Origin: Candidatus Mucispirillum faecigallinarum
Lineage (GTDB): Bacteria; Chrysiogenota; Deferribacteres; Deferribacterales; Mucispirillaceae
DNA: 53,634 nucleotides
Direction of reading: 5' to 3'
NCBI GenBank assembly: GCA_019116905.1
Contig: DXAQ01000122.1
Coordinates: 1 to 53,634, forward strand
Positions 40,612-52,300 of the stretch are shown piece by piece. A program made the translations under genes and the position numbers. Positions within the stretch are counted from its first letter, which is position 1; the number at the start of each line of letters is the position of its first letter. The notes under the pieces are model-generated. The model did no database searches. It worked only from the letters and a program-made list of their open reading frames with translations, and had not been told where the DNA came from.

Positions 40612-41664
40612 ATGAAAAACGTAATAAAAATAACAACAATAATCTTAATTATGCTTTTTGCTTTTGAAAGCTATGCTTACAATGTGGTTGCAACAGGTAA
40701 AGCAACAATAAAAAATATGAGACTTAGAGATGCATATTACAGCGCAATGAATAATGCAAAGCTTGCATCTATCCGCTGGTATTATAAAGAAAACCAAATT
40801 ACTGATGTGGAAGTAAATGAAGATTATCTAAAATTCATTAAAAGCTATTCTATATTAGAACAAAACATTGAAGATAATAAAACTGTTAGTGTTAAATTAA
40901 AAATTGATTTAGATGATACAGCTTTAAAAGATGCAAGGCTTTTATTAAACCAGTATGCCGATTCTGTTGTATATCTTTACAGGGGTATAGATGATAATAT
41001 CTTACCTGCAAAACAAATTCAAACAACAATTAATAATACACTCTCTGCTAAACAATTTTCATTAGCTGACCAGGCTTTATTTTTAGGCAAATTAGATGAT
41101 ATTAATGATGAATCAAAAATTACAAAAGCATTTAATGGTATAAACAGCACTTCTCTTATTATATTTGATTTTAGAGTTATAGAATCAATAGAAGAATATA
41201 AAAACCCAGATAATAAATGTGAAGTAGAAACAACTGTATCTATTTATAATAAAAAGAATGATACTAAAACTATTCAAATAGTTACTGGTAATGATAACTC
41301 AAACATAACTAAATGCATTAATAATGCGATTAAACAGGCAGCAGCAGATACTGTAGCTTATGTTAGGGATAATATTATACAGCTGCCTGAAACTGCTGCA
41401 AAACTGTATAAATATAATATTGATTTTAATAATGCTAATAATTTAGTTTTAACTAAAAATATTATAGACACTCTTTCACAAAGAGGATTAATTAAATCAT
41501 ATAAAACTATATCATACTCGCAAAAAAATGTTGTGTTTGAAGTAGATACATATTTTTCTACAGAAGATTTAGGTAGAAAAATACAAGAGTTAAAATTTGC
41601 TAAACAACCTACAAAAATAGAGTTTAATGATAAAAAACTGATACTTGATTTTTCAGTTGAATAG
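40612..41664 (+). CDS. Exported hypothetical protein with FlgT-N-like start (track start 40555)
   Basis: AGGA RBS before the ATG at 40612; signal peptide ending ESYA; V.ATGKATI…A…A…AK pattern. Confidence 0.6.
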   Translation: MKNVIKITTIILIMLFAFESYAYNVVATGKATIKNMRLRDAYYSAMNNAKLASIRWYYKENQITDVEVNEDYLKFIKSYSILEQNIEDNKTVSVKLKIDLDDTALKDARLLLNQYADSVVYLYRGIDDNILPAKQIQTTINNTLSAKQFSLADQALFLGKLDDINDESKITKAFNGINSTSLIIFDFRVIESIEEYKNPDNKCEVETTVSIYNKKNDTKTIQIVTGNDNSNITKCINNAIKQAAADTVAYVRDNIIQLPETAAKLYKYNIDFNNANNLVLTKNIIDTLSQRGLIKSYKTISYSQKNVVFEVDTYFSTEDLGRKIQELKFAKQPTKIEFNDKKLILDFSVE

Positions 41665-41678
41665 ACAGGACTTATTTT

Positions 41679-42668
41679 ATGATTAATAAACTATTAGAAG
41701 CCGTAAAATCAAAACGCAAAGTTTTAATACAAACTCATAATAATCCAGACCCAGATACTATTGCTGCAGCTTTTGCTCTTAAAAATCTACTTGCTACAAC
41801 TTTAAAAAAACGTGTAACAATTGCTTATATGGGTGTAATTGGCAGAGCAGAAAATAAAGAGTTTGTTAAACTTTGTAAAATAGATATGCATTATATTGAA
41901 AAACTAAATATATCACGCTATGACTACTTAATATTAGTAGATACTCAACCTGGGGCAGGAAATATTTACGAAACTGGGCAAAGGCTGCCTGATGCAGTTA
42001 TTGACCACCATAATTTAAGAACAATTTCTACTACTATTCCTTTTAATGATATAAGAGTTCATTATGGCTCTACATCTACTATTATTGCAGAATATTATAA
42101 AGAACTTGGAATAATTCCAGATATAAATACTGCCACAGCACTCTATTATGGTATTAAAACAGATACATTTGGTGCAGGCAGAGGAAATACTCAGGCAGAT
42201 ATGGATATGATAAGTTATGTATTTCCAAATGCATCGTTTGCAAAATTAAATAAAATAGAAACACCTGAACTGCCACGATATTATTTTAAAACTATTCGTA
42301 AGGCTGTTGACCAGGCTATTATATATAATGATTTAATATTTTGTGATTTAGAAGAAGTAAGAAATGCTGACTTAATAGCAGAAATTTCAGACTATCTTTT
42401 AAGAATGAGGGATATAAAATCATCATTTGTTGTTGGCAGAATAGACCAAACATGTTATTTTTCTATACGCAATAAAACAAGTAAAAAAGCAGTTGGCACA
42501 ATAGCATTAGCCATTGTTAGAGGTATTGGTTATGGTGGCGGACACATGAAATCTGCTGGCGGACAAATCCCTTTAAAATCAAAAACTTATGAACAAATAG
42601 TAGAAATACTAAAATCAAGATTATTAAAAAAACTAGGAATTAAAAATGCTGAAGAAAAGCAAATATAA
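41679..42668 (+). CDS. DHH/DHHA1 phosphoesterase (NrnA-like)
   Basis: HNNPDPD, LVDTQ, IDHH, GIKTDT and GGGH..SAGG motifs. Confidence 0.9.
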   Translation: MINKLLEAVKSKRKVLIQTHNNPDPDTIAAAFALKNLLATTLKKRVTIAYMGVIGRAENKEFVKLCKIDMHYIEKLNISRYDYLILVDTQPGAGNIYETGQRLPDAVIDHHNLRTISTTIPFNDIRVHYGSTSTIIAEYYKELGIIPDINTATALYYGIKTDTFGAGRGNTQADMDMISYVFPNASFAKLNKIETPELPRYYFKTIRKAVDQAIIYNDLIFCDLEEVRNADLIAEISDYLLRMRDIKSSFVVGRIDQTCYFSIRNKTSKKAVGTIALAIVRGIGYGGGHMKSAGGQIPLKSKTYEQIVEILKSRLLKKLGIKNAEEKQI

Positions 42669-42679
42669 AGGAGGAAAAT

Positions 42680-42844
42680 ATGAAAAAATATGTTTGTAAT
42701 GTATGTGGCTGGATATATGACCCAGCAGTTGGTATACCTGAAGATGGAATAGCACCAGGAACAGCATTTGAAGATTTACCTGATGACTGGGTATGCCCTC
42801 AGTGTTTTGTTGGAAAAGAAGAATTTTCTCCTCTTGAAGATTAA
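42680..42844 (+). CDS. Rubredoxin (54 aa, not in ORF track)
   Basis: Hand translation [54 protein letters not shown]; two CxxC motifs; AAGGAGG RBS. Confidence 0.96.
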   Translation: MKKYVCNVCGWIYDPAVGIPEDGIAPGTAFEDLPDDWVCPQCFVGKEEFSPLED

Positions 42845-42873
42845 TAAACAAAAATAATTAAAACATATACTAC

Positions 42874-42897
42874 CCCCATTTATTCTTATAAATGGGG
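42874..42897. terminator. Hairpin downstream of rubredoxin, probable intrinsic terminator
   Basis: ccccatttat-tctt-ataaatgggg, 10-bp stem, 30 nt after the stop codon. Confidence 0.65.
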
Positions 42898-43857
42898 TAT
42901 GTTTATATATTAATAAATACATCTCTACCCTGCTCTTTCCATTCTTCATAATAAAATGATATGTTATACTATTTAATTTCATAAAAATCATATTATCCAT
43001 TTCTATAATTATTAATAATATATAGTGATGTCTTATAACACAGCAGACTTTTATAAGCAAAGCAGCTAAACTTATCTAGTGCAAAATGACACCTGCTTTT
43101 AAATAGATATTATAGATATAAGAAATAATATACAAAATAAAGCGTTAACCTAATTGAAAATGTATCGGTAATTTCTTACACAACCTTGTTTTTTACGTAA
43201 TATAATTATTTATACAAATTATATAATAAAATTTTTGTGTAAAAAACTATAATTATTAGATATAAATGTTAGAAATAATAATATTTCAGTATGAAATAGT
43301 GATAACAGTAGATATATATTTGTTATCAAGGCATTAAATAATTTTAGTATAATAAAAAAATCTAACCAGAGATTAACTTAATATAAATAAATAGATAACG
43401 AAACAGGAAAAAGTATTAAAAGAAAAATATAAACCATGACTTTAATCAGCATTTATACGGACTAAAATTAAAGTATGCTGCGTTACATCTTCATACAACA
43501 ATGGTTTATAAATATAATAATTTAAGACAGTTATCATAAAAACTATAAGAAACATTTCCTATCAACTATTTATTGATGCTTATAATTTTTCTAATCATTA
43601 TACCCCGCCATTTAGTATAATAATATCCCAAAAAATTGTTACAGCTCTAATATAAACATAATATATAAAAATTATTTAAAATGTTAATCAAGCTTTTATT
43701 TTATATACCATAAAATACTATTTATATACGCTGTTTTTAAACATTTTAGGCTGCTATATATAATTAATCAAATTGAATATAAAAAAGCTCTTACAATTAA
43801 AATTATAAAAAGGAAAAACAAAGAAATACACAAAAGCAGCCAGCATACAGCAATAAA

Positions 43858-43892
43858 AAAAGTCCAGATGAAACAAGCTTCACTGGACTTTT
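43858..43892 (-). terminator. Intrinsic terminator of the TPS operon
   Basis: aaaagtccag(a)tgaa-acaagc-ttcactggactttt; the A-run on the left gives a U-tail on the minus strand; about 15 nt past the tpsA stop. Confidence 0.7.
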
Positions 43893-43906
43893 ATTTTAAA
43901 TAACTA

Positions 43907-46900
43907 TTATTTCAATTCAATAGATTTATTCTTTTTAGTCATTGAGTTTATTTTTGGTGTTTTATTATCTTCTATTGTTACAAGTTCTGATGTATCATGT
44001 ATTCTGCCACCTTTGATTAAATCATCACCTGTTACTTTATCAATATTAATATTTTCTATTGGCTGCATATTTCTTGTATGCATATTTTTTACCATTTCAT
44101 ATACACTGTAATCTATAAGTTTACCATTTAAATATGATAACCCTGAACCAGAAACTGAAAACTCGTATGCTTTAAGATTTTTAAACCAGTCATCTGAGTT
44201 AATATTGATTAATATATCATTTGCTGGTTTATCAGCAGCTGTTGATTTAAAACTTCCATAATTAGCTTTAACATAAATATTTGATGTAGAACCAATAGTA
44301 GAACCTGTTAAATTAACTTTATCAGCATATATTTTACCAAACCCTGATATATCATTTAATGCATTTATATTAATTGTATCTCCACTCATTACACCATTAT
44401 TACTGCTGTAAAATGAAAACCCACCAACATTAAAATCTGCATTGTATGCATATAATTTATCACTTAGCATTACATTATTGTTAGATAAAATCTTTATACT
44501 GTTACCAAATACAGAATAAGAATCATCATTAATATCTGTAAGCAGTGTATCTTTCAGTAATTGAACACTAATATTATTACCATTAATATCTGCTTCATCT
44601 GCTGAAATAACAAATGAATTTCTACCTTTTGTTTGATTTACATATACTTTTTTTGATGTAAGCTGTAAATTACTGTTATTATTAATATTTGATGCTGATA
44701 AATAAATACTTTCATCTGCTGCTAATGCATTATCAGTTACTGGAAATGAAAGATTACCACCACTTTCTAATTTTATTTCTCTAAATGCAGTATTAGTTGT
44801 ATTTAATACTATATCTTTACTATTTTTAATATCTAATTTAAATGGATTAGTATTGCTGTTTGTAATATTAAGATTAAGCAATGAATCTCCACTTCCTGAA
44901 ATAGAAATAATATCTGCATTTGCAGTTGTTATATTAACCATATTATTAGATGCAAGTCCTGATATATATAAATCTCCCATATCAAATTCAGAAGGTAACG
45001 TAATTCCAGGAATACTTACATTACCAGTTATGCCTGTCAGATTAACTGAAATATTACCGTTTAAAGCTTTTAAACCTCTTATGCTTACAGGCCCTACTTT
45101 ATGAGTATAGTTTATATTGCCAGATAAACTTTCTAAAGAAATGCCTCCAAGTAAATATGATGTAAGAGTAATATCATTTAACGCTTTAGCAGAAAGATAC
45201 ATAGCTGAAATATCAGAAGTAGAAGTTATTCCACCATTATTTGATATTAATTCAATACCACTGTTTAAAAGGTCTGCTGATAAAGACTCTAAATTAACAC
45301 TAATATCTCCATTAGTTTCAAAAATATATTTCACTGCTTTTTTATTTCCTAAAAATGATGCATCTACAGTTAACAGATTATCATTATTTTCAATAAAATG
45401 AACTGTATTAGCATCTATTTTAAGACCTTCGTAAGATTTTAAAGCATCAAGCCTGTCAACAGCCATAACTGTGCCATAAGCACTTGTAATGGTTAAATCA
45501 CTTCCAATAGCATTTTCTGGTATATTACTTAAATTTATAATACCATTATTCTGCATATATGTTGATGTATTTTTACCATAAAACTTAATTAAATTAGTTT
45601 CACTTCTATTTAAGTTTGAAATATCTAAACTGTTATTAACACTTTCTGCAGAAAGACTTGCAGTATCAACAGATAAATTTATCGCACCATCTGCTTTAAG
45701 AACGATATTATCACCTGTTATTGCAGCTTTACTATCTTCAACAGAGCTGTCCATTGATATACCATTATCAGCACCTGTAACCTCTATACCTATATTTTTA
45801 CCAGAAATTTGTGTAATTAAACCAATATTATCTCCAACTAGGTTAATATCTCCATTAAGTGCTGTATAAGCTGATTTACCATTAATATTTAATTTAGTTA
45901 ATAATATACTGCCATTTGAGGCATTTGCAGTTATTTCTCCTGCTGTTATATTGTTATTACCTGTAATACTGCCATTGGCATTTAAGGTAAGAGCTGCTAT
46001 TTGGTTAATATCACCTAATAAGTTAATATTATTTGCAGCATTTAAAGTTAATCCATTTGTTCCTGTTAATATTACACCTGCATTTAAAGTAATATCACCA
46101 TTACCTGTTCCTTCAAGGCTCTGCAGTGTTACATTTGATGTATTTAGCATATTATTTAACCATGCAATATCAACATAAGTATTGCCGTCATCAGCAACAG
46201 CATTATTTTCATTATCTGCTAAACTTGAATAATTGCCTATAAACATATTAGATGGGTCTAATAAAAATTGTCCATATAAGCCGTATACTGATTTTGTGTT
46301 AAAATCGCTGAATGCATAAACAGAATTATATCCACTTAATTCAATAAAACCGCCATTTCCATATACAGAACCTGCTTCAATTAAAGCGCCTTTATAAGAT
46401 TCTGCTCTATTTTTAGATATAAGTTTTATTATACCACCATTACCATAACCTAAACCATTAGACTTTATAATACTAGAACTGCCAATCTGTAATAAATTAC
46501 TGCTTAACATATTAATTAAGCCGCCGTTTAATCCATTAGTATTAACTATACCATTATTTATTATATTTTCAGCCTTGATTTCAACAATGCCGCCTTTATC
46601 TGATACAGAAGATGCATTAATTTCACCATTATTTGTAATCTGACCATTTTCTGCACCTAAAATAACATGGCCGCCTTCATAAGAAATAGATGATGCATCT
46701 ATTACACCAGTATTATTTACAGCCTGTCTTATCATATCTGATGCATTTTTTGCAGTCATTACAATAGTGCCGCCTTCTGTTTTTATATTACCAGTATTAT
46801 TAATAAGTGCATCAGAAACGCCTTTGTCAACAGCTACACCTATTAAATCATTACCGCTCATATCCATTCTAAAAGTTTCACCAGATGAAAGATATATTTT

Positions 46901-47440
46901 ACCAAGTTTTGCAGAAATCAGACCATTATTTGTAACATTTTTACCCATTAAAACAGCATAACCGCCATTTTGAACTTTTATATTACCATTGTTTATTACA
47001 TTACCTGCAGCACCATAAAAATTATATTTTCCTGCAATAAAATCATTATCATTAATATTTGCAGCACCTGCAAGAAAACTGTTTGTATTAATATTTGCAC
47101 CATTACCAATTAATACCCCAGCATTATTTAAAATAAATACATTACCATTTGCATTAATATTGCCGAATATACTTGTAGGTAAACCGTTTGTAACTCTGTT
47201 TAATATAATGCTTGATGATGAATTTTGATTAAACTGAACGCTTTCTCCTTTACTTAAATCAAAAGAATTCCAGTTTACAATTGCTTTATCTGATGATTGA
47301 TTAATAATTGTATTTGAGCCGCTTTGAGTTATATTTACATTGCCATGAACTACATTAGCACCATTAGGAGCAGCAAAAACAGGAGTATTAAATAAAAGTA
47401 TTAATATTACAGCTGTATAAGATTTAATTTTAGAAATCAT
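43907..47440 (-). CDS. TpsA filamentous-haemagglutinin-like exoprotein
   Basis: Signal peptide, TPS domain (IVNWNSF, VQFNQ, ILNRV, GNVFILN), VNNTGVI.A, GGFIELSG, LLDP; N/G/S/I-rich beta-helix. Confidence 0.9.
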   Translation of the reverse strand: MISKIKSYTAVILILLFNTPVFAAPNGANVVHGNVNITQSGSNTIINQSSDKAIVNWNSFDLSKGESVQFNQNSSSSIILNRVTNGLPTSIFGNINANGNVFILNNAGVLIGNGANINTNSFLAGAANINDNDFIAGKYNFYGAAGNVINNGNIKVQNGGYAVLMGKNVTNNGLISAKLGKIYLSSGETFRMDMSGNDLIGVAVDKGVSDALINNTGNIKTEGGTIVMTAKNASDMIRQAVNNTGVIDASSISYEGGHVILGAENGQITNNGEINASSVSDKGGIVEIKAENIINNGIVNTNGLNGGLINMLSSNLLQIGSSSIIKSNGLGYGNGGIIKLISKNRAESYKGALIEAGSVYGNGGFIELSGYNSVYAFSDFNTKSVYGLYGQFLLDPSNMFIGNYSSLADNENNAVADDGNTYVDIAWLNNMLNTSNVTLQSLEGTGNGDITLNAGVILTGTNGLTLNAANNINLLGDINQIAALTLNANGSITGNNNITAGEITANASNGSILLTKLNINGKSAYTALNGDINLVGDNIGLITQISGKNIGIEVTGADNGISMDSSVEDSKAAITGDNIVLKADGAINLSVDTASLSAESVNNSLDISNLNRSETNLIKFYGKNTSTYMQNNGIINLSNIPENAIGSDLTITSAYGTVMAVDRLDALKSYEGLKIDANTVHFIENNDNLLTVDASFLGNKKAVKYIFETNGDISVNLESLSADLLNSGIELISNNGGITSTSDISAMYLSAKALNDITLTSYLLGGISLESLSGNINYTHKVGPVSIRGLKALNGNISVNLTGITGNVSIPGITLPSEFDMGDLYISGLASNNMVNITTANADIISISGSGDSLLNLNITNSNTNPFKLDIKNSKDIVLNTTNTAFREIKLESGGNLSFPVTDNALAADESIYLSASNINNNSNLQLTSKKVYVNQTKGRNSFVISADEADINGNNISVQLLKDTLLTDINDDSYSVFGNSIKILSNNNVMLSDKLYAYNADFNVGGFSFYSSNNGVMSGDTININALNDISGFGKIYADKVNLTGSTIGSTSNIYVKANYGSFKSTAADKPANDILININSDDWFKNLKAYEFSVSGSGLSYLNGKLIDYSVYEMVKNMHTRNMQPIENINIDKVTGDDLIKGGRIHDTSELVTIEDNKTPKINSMTKKNKSIELK

Positions 47441-49109
47441 AGCTTATTCTCCCATATATTACGCCCCAGCCTGCCTCACGATTTTGTGATGACATTAATG
47501 GGTAACCATAATCAAATTTTATTGCAAGACCTTTCCATGGATAAAAACGAAGTCCTGCACCTGCAGAATCAAGTGATGCACTACTGTATCCAAAAAAATC
47601 AGCATCATAATTAAATACCTGACCTCTGTCATAAAATAAAAGTGCTTTTATTTGTGGAATACCTAAATCAAATTCTGCCTCTATACTTAATCTGTATCCA
47701 TTATCTCCTGATTCTATACCGCTTTCAAAACCACGAACACTGTATATTCCACCAATATAAAATCTTTCTCCAGCAAATGTTGTGCCTGATGAAAACTGAC
47801 CTGATAAGAATAATCTCATTCTAAAAAACCATGTAATAAACTGATGATATTCATAATCTAAATATAATTTTTCATAATATCCACCTGCATTCGGGTTAGA
47901 TGATGTATTGCTGAAATTAGATACATCAAAAAGACCATTAAAAGCCTGATAAAAAGCAAGTGAATAATACATATTAGCACCAATCCATGGGTATGCTTCA
48001 CCAAATAAACTAAGAGATGCAGTAGCTAAAATATCCTGAGAATTTTGAACTCCTAATATTCTATCAGCAGATTCTTTAACATATATACCTGCTCCTAAAT
48101 TTAATGTGCCTTTATTTCTTAATATAAGTGGATATTCTGTGTATATAGAATAATCATTAGAGTAACCTTCTAAATTTAATGCTTTTGCAAAATCTTTTGT
48201 TCCTATATAGTTACTTCTTGAATAAGCAAAACCTAATTTAAAACCATCACTTCCAAGTGGCAGTCTGTAATCTATTCTGCCATAAAAAAGCTGCCATGGG
48301 TTAAAGTTATCTAAACCAAGGGAAAGATTTAATGCAAGCCTGTCCCCGCTTGTTATAACATTACCAACCATTGCAGCACCATTAAACCTGTATTCATTTG
48401 TGATTTTATTACCATAGTTATCAAAACTAAAACTTGCTCTGTATGGGTTAGTATCCTGCGCATAAACTACTATATCAGAAGTGCCTGGTCTTTTACCTGG
48501 TTTTAAGGTTGCATTAACTTTTAAATCCATAAAGCTGTTTAAAAGCATCAGACGCCTTTCTAACATTTTACTATCAAGCACAATACCAGATTGTAATGGT
48601 TTTAGATATTTTAATATAAAGTCTTTTTTATAGTCAGAAAGCCCTTCCACATATACTTCGCCTATTTCACCCTCTACTATTGCAATGTTGATAGTGCTGT
48701 CTTTCACTATTTGAGGAGGAATATAAGCATAGCTGATAATGTAACCTTTTTTTCTATAATATTTAGTAACTAACTGGGCAGCTTCATTAAGCTGAGTTAA
48801 TGTTAAATTTCTTTCTATATAATCGCTGAGAACCATTAGAATATCATTTTTATCAATAACCCTGTTACCTGTTATTTCAAATCTTGAGACATAAACTGTT
48901 TCTGCAGAAGTTTCTTTTGGAAGATTATCAAGCAGTTCTTTTTCTGTAATAATTTTAGCATTTTTATCTCTAGGAAATGGAATATTGCGAACATCTTTTT
49001 CAAAGCTGTCATCAATAACGCCACTGATGCCTATCTGCGATTGGCTGTATCCTGGTTGAAAAAAACATAAAACAAAAATAATAACTGGTAAACATAACCG
49101 TTTTATCAT
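47430..49109 (-). CDS. TpsB transporter (ShlB/FhaC/HecB family)
   Basis: POTRA motifs (YYRKKGY..YIPPQ, IVEG), DNYG, IGG..SVRGF, FYD.G, C-terminal YDF. Confidence 0.92.
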   Translation of the reverse strand: MIKRLCLPVIIFVLCFFQPGYSQSQIGISGVIDDSFEKDVRNIPFPRDKNAKIITEKELLDNLPKETSAETVYVSRFEITGNRVIDKNDILMVLSDYIERNLTLTQLNEAAQLVTKYYRKKGYIISYAYIPPQIVKDSTINIAIVEGEIGEVYVEGLSDYKKDFILKYLKPLQSGIVLDSKMLERRLMLLNSFMDLKVNATLKPGKRPGTSDIVVYAQDTNPYRASFSFDNYGNKITNEYRFNGAAMVGNVITSGDRLALNLSLGLDNFNPWQLFYGRIDYRLPLGSDGFKLGFAYSRSNYIGTKDFAKALNLEGYSNDYSIYTEYPLILRNKGTLNLGAGIYVKESADRILGVQNSQDILATASLSLFGEAYPWIGANMYYSLAFYQAFNGLFDVSNFSNTSSNPNAGGYYEKLYLDYEYHQFITWFFRMRLFLSGQFSSGTTFAGERFYIGGIYSVRGFESGIESGDNGYRLSIEAEFDLGIPQIKALLFYDRGQVFNYDADFFGYSSASLDSAGAGLRFYPWKGLAIKFDYGYPLMSSQNREAGWGVIYGRISYDF

Positions 49110-49151
49110 TCAATTCGCTCCAAATATGGAAAATTTACTAAATATTATAAT

Positions 49152-49168
49152 AACAAATTATATGCCAA
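49152..49168 (-). promoter_or_regulatory. Candidate sigma-54 (-24/-12) promoter for tpsBA
   Basis: Minus strand TTGGCATATAATTTGTT, i.e. GG-N10-GT (consensus GG-N10-GC), about 43 nt upstream of the tpsB ATG. Confidence 0.45.
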
Positions 49169-49298
49169 CTCAAAATTAGACACATAACTATCTTAAAATA
49201 ATCAATTTTTATAATTTAATCAATACAAATATGAAAATATATTCAAAATAAATATATTGTGATATTATCGGCAGGAAGTAAAATATATTAATATATAA

Positions 49299-49327
49299 AA
49301 AAGGTGGAGAAAATTTCTCCACCTTTT
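49299..49327 (-). terminator. Intrinsic terminator downstream of the activator-fusion gene
   Basis: Perfect palindrome aaaaggtggagaaa-a-tttctccacctttt with flanking A/T runs. Confidence 0.8.
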
Positions 49328-49341
49328 AGTAATTTTATAAC

Positions 49342-52300
49342 TTATATTTCTTTTCTTGATATAGCTAAATTTTTCTGAGCAACACTCATTAATAATTTTA
49401 TACGGTTAAGCTGGTTAACTTCGCTTGCACCTGGGTCATAATCAACTGCAGCTATATTAACATTTTCATAAGCAGTTCTTAAAGCTTTCATTACACCTTT
49501 ACCAGTTACGTGGTTAGGAAGACATGCAAAAGGCTGAACACAAAGGATATTACCTACTCCACCCTCAATTAATTCAACCATTTCAGCAGTTAAAAGCCAA
49601 CCCTCACCAGACTGGTTGCCAAGTGATACGATTTTTTCAGCTAAATGTGCCAGTTCAAAAATATCAGGCATAGCATCAAAATGTTTACTTTTTCTCAATG
49701 CTTTACGCATAATATTTCTTTTTCTTTCTATCATCCATATAATGTATCTTGCAACATAATTACGGACTTTAGAACCTGCCATATATTTACTTCTATAAAT
49801 ATCATCATAAGCGCTGTATAAAATAAAGTCCATAAAATCAGGCACGACAGCTTCGCCACCCTCTCTTTCAATAACTTCTACAGCTCTATTATTTGCATCA
49901 GGGTGGAATTTAATTAAAATTTCACCAACTATACCAACACGTGGTTTACGTGTTTCATTCATTGGGATATTATCAAATTCTTCAACAATGTCGTATACAT
50001 CTTTTTTAAACTGACGCCAGTTATATTCATAAACATTTCTTGCACACAAGTCTGCCCATTTATTATATAAAGCCTCTGTTTCCCCTTTGACCTTCTCATA
50101 AGGACGGCATCTATATAACATTCTCATTAATAAATCACCATATAATATACCCATTACCATACGTCTTATCATTGGCATAGTGATTTTAAAACCTTCATGA
50201 GCTTCCATACCATGCAGATTAAAAGAAAGAACTGGTATATGGCTTAAACCTGCTCTATTTAAAGCGTTTTTAAGCCAGCCTATATAGTTTGTAGCACGAC
50301 AGCCGCCGGCAGTTTGTGATATAAGCACTGCCACCCTTTCAGTATCACAATCTGGCGACATAACGTAGTTTAAAAGCTGACCTACTGCAACAATTGCAGG
50401 GAAACATGCATCATTATTAATATTTTTTAAGCCACATTCAATATCACTTCTATCAGTTGTTTCTAAAACTTTTACTTTATAACCTTCAGCAACAAGCGCC
50501 TCTTTCATTAAATGAATATGAATAGGAGAAAGCTGAGGAATAATAATAGTATGAGTTTCTTTCATCTCTTTTGTAAATTCAGCACCTTTTTTAGCAGGAG
50601 TATGTGTTCTGTCTATACCGCGTTTTTTCCTGTCCTGAATAGCTGCCATAAGTGAACGTATACGTATACGAACTGCACCTAAGTTGCTGCCCTCATCAAT
50701 TTTAATAACAGTATACAGTTTATCATGTCTGTTTAAAATATCATACACCTGCTCAGTAGTAACAGCATCAAGACCACATCCAAAAGAGTTAAGCTGAATA
50801 AGTTCTATATTATCATGTTCTGACACAAAACTTGCTGCTTTATAAAGCCTTGAATGGTATGTCCACTGGTCAACTGCATTCATAGGACGTTCTACTGTTG
50901 CAAGATGAGCAATAGAATCTTCAGTTAATACTGCAAGCCCATTAGATGTAATAAGTTCAGGTATACCATGGTTAATTTCTGGGTCAATATGGTATGGTCT
51001 GCCTGATAATACAACGCCTTGAATACCATGTTTTTCAATATATGCTAATGTTTCTTCGCCTTTATCTCTAATATCCTTTTTAAAGTTTTTCATTTCTGCA
51101 TCAGCTTTTCTTGATGCAAGACGAACTTCCTGTTCAGGAATATTAAATTCTTTAAACATTTGCACAAGTGAATTTTCTAAATATTTATAATCATTTAATG
51201 GGAGAAATGGTCCCATAAATTCTACATTTTCTTTTGCAAGTGCATCAACATTTAATCTAATAACTTCAGGATAACTGCATACTACTGGGCAGTTATAGTT
51301 ATTATCAGCCCCTTCTTCATGAACTTCTTTTTGAATACATGGGTAAAAAATACGCTTAATGCCTTTATTAATTAAGTTCATAATATGACCATGCACTATT
51401 TTTGCAGGATAACATACTGTTTGAGAAGGTATAGTTTCAAGCCCTGTATTAAATAACTCTTTTGATGATTTATCAGATATTTCCACTCTAAATCCAAGAT
51501 TAGTAAATAAAGTAAACCAAAATGGATAGTTTTCATAAATATTTAATACTCGTGGAATACCTACAACACCACGTGGAGCATTTTCCTCTTTTAAAGGTAT
51601 ATAGTATTCAAAAAGACGCATATTTTTATAGGCATAAAGGTTTGGCAGTTTATTAGCTTCTTCAACTTCCTGCACACCTTTTTCGCATCTGTTACCTGTA
51701 ATATAGCGTTTTTTATTGCCGCCGAATTTATTTACAGTTAATAAGCAGTGGTTAGAGCAGCGTTTGCAGCGAACGTTTGTAGATTCCATTTCAAAGCTGT
51801 CAATAGCATCTGCTTTTATAATAGATGAGTGTTTGCCTTCTTCACTTCTTTCTTTTGCAATTAATGCAGAACCAAACGCACCCATGTGGCCTGAAATTGC
51901 AAACCTTGTAACTTTACTGCCAACAGAAAGTTCAAAAGCTCTTAATACTGCATCATTAAAAAATGCGCCGCCTTGAACAACTACATGTTTACCTAAATCT
52001 TCCACACTGCTCATTTTAATAACTTTATATAAAGCATTTCTAACAACTGAATATGAAAGACCTGCAGAAATATCGCTGACAGATGCACCTTCTTTTTGAG
52101 CCTGTTTAACTTTTGAGTTCATAAAAACAGTGCAGCGTGAACCTAAATCAACAGGATGCTCTGCTTTAAGAGCAGCTGACGCAAAATCCTGCACGTTTGA
52201 CTGAACTGATTTTGCAAAGTTTTCTATAAATGAACCGCAGCCAGATGAACATGCTTCATTTAATACTATTTTATCAATAGCACCATTGCGGACATACATA

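Noticed and set aside
42776..43060. 94-aa minus-strand ORF
   Set aside because: Runs through the terminator hairpin and antisense into rubredoxin; no recognisable RBS or motif.
43189..43678. dif-like sequences (minus strand ttacgtaaaaa and ttatgtttata) or an oriC
   Set aside because: XerC arm and 6-nt spacer do not fit, and there is no cluster of DnaA boxes; such matches are expected in AT-rich DNA.
43907..47440. CDI toxin (CdiA)
   Set aside because: Too short, no VENN or pre-toxin motif, no downstream immunity gene.
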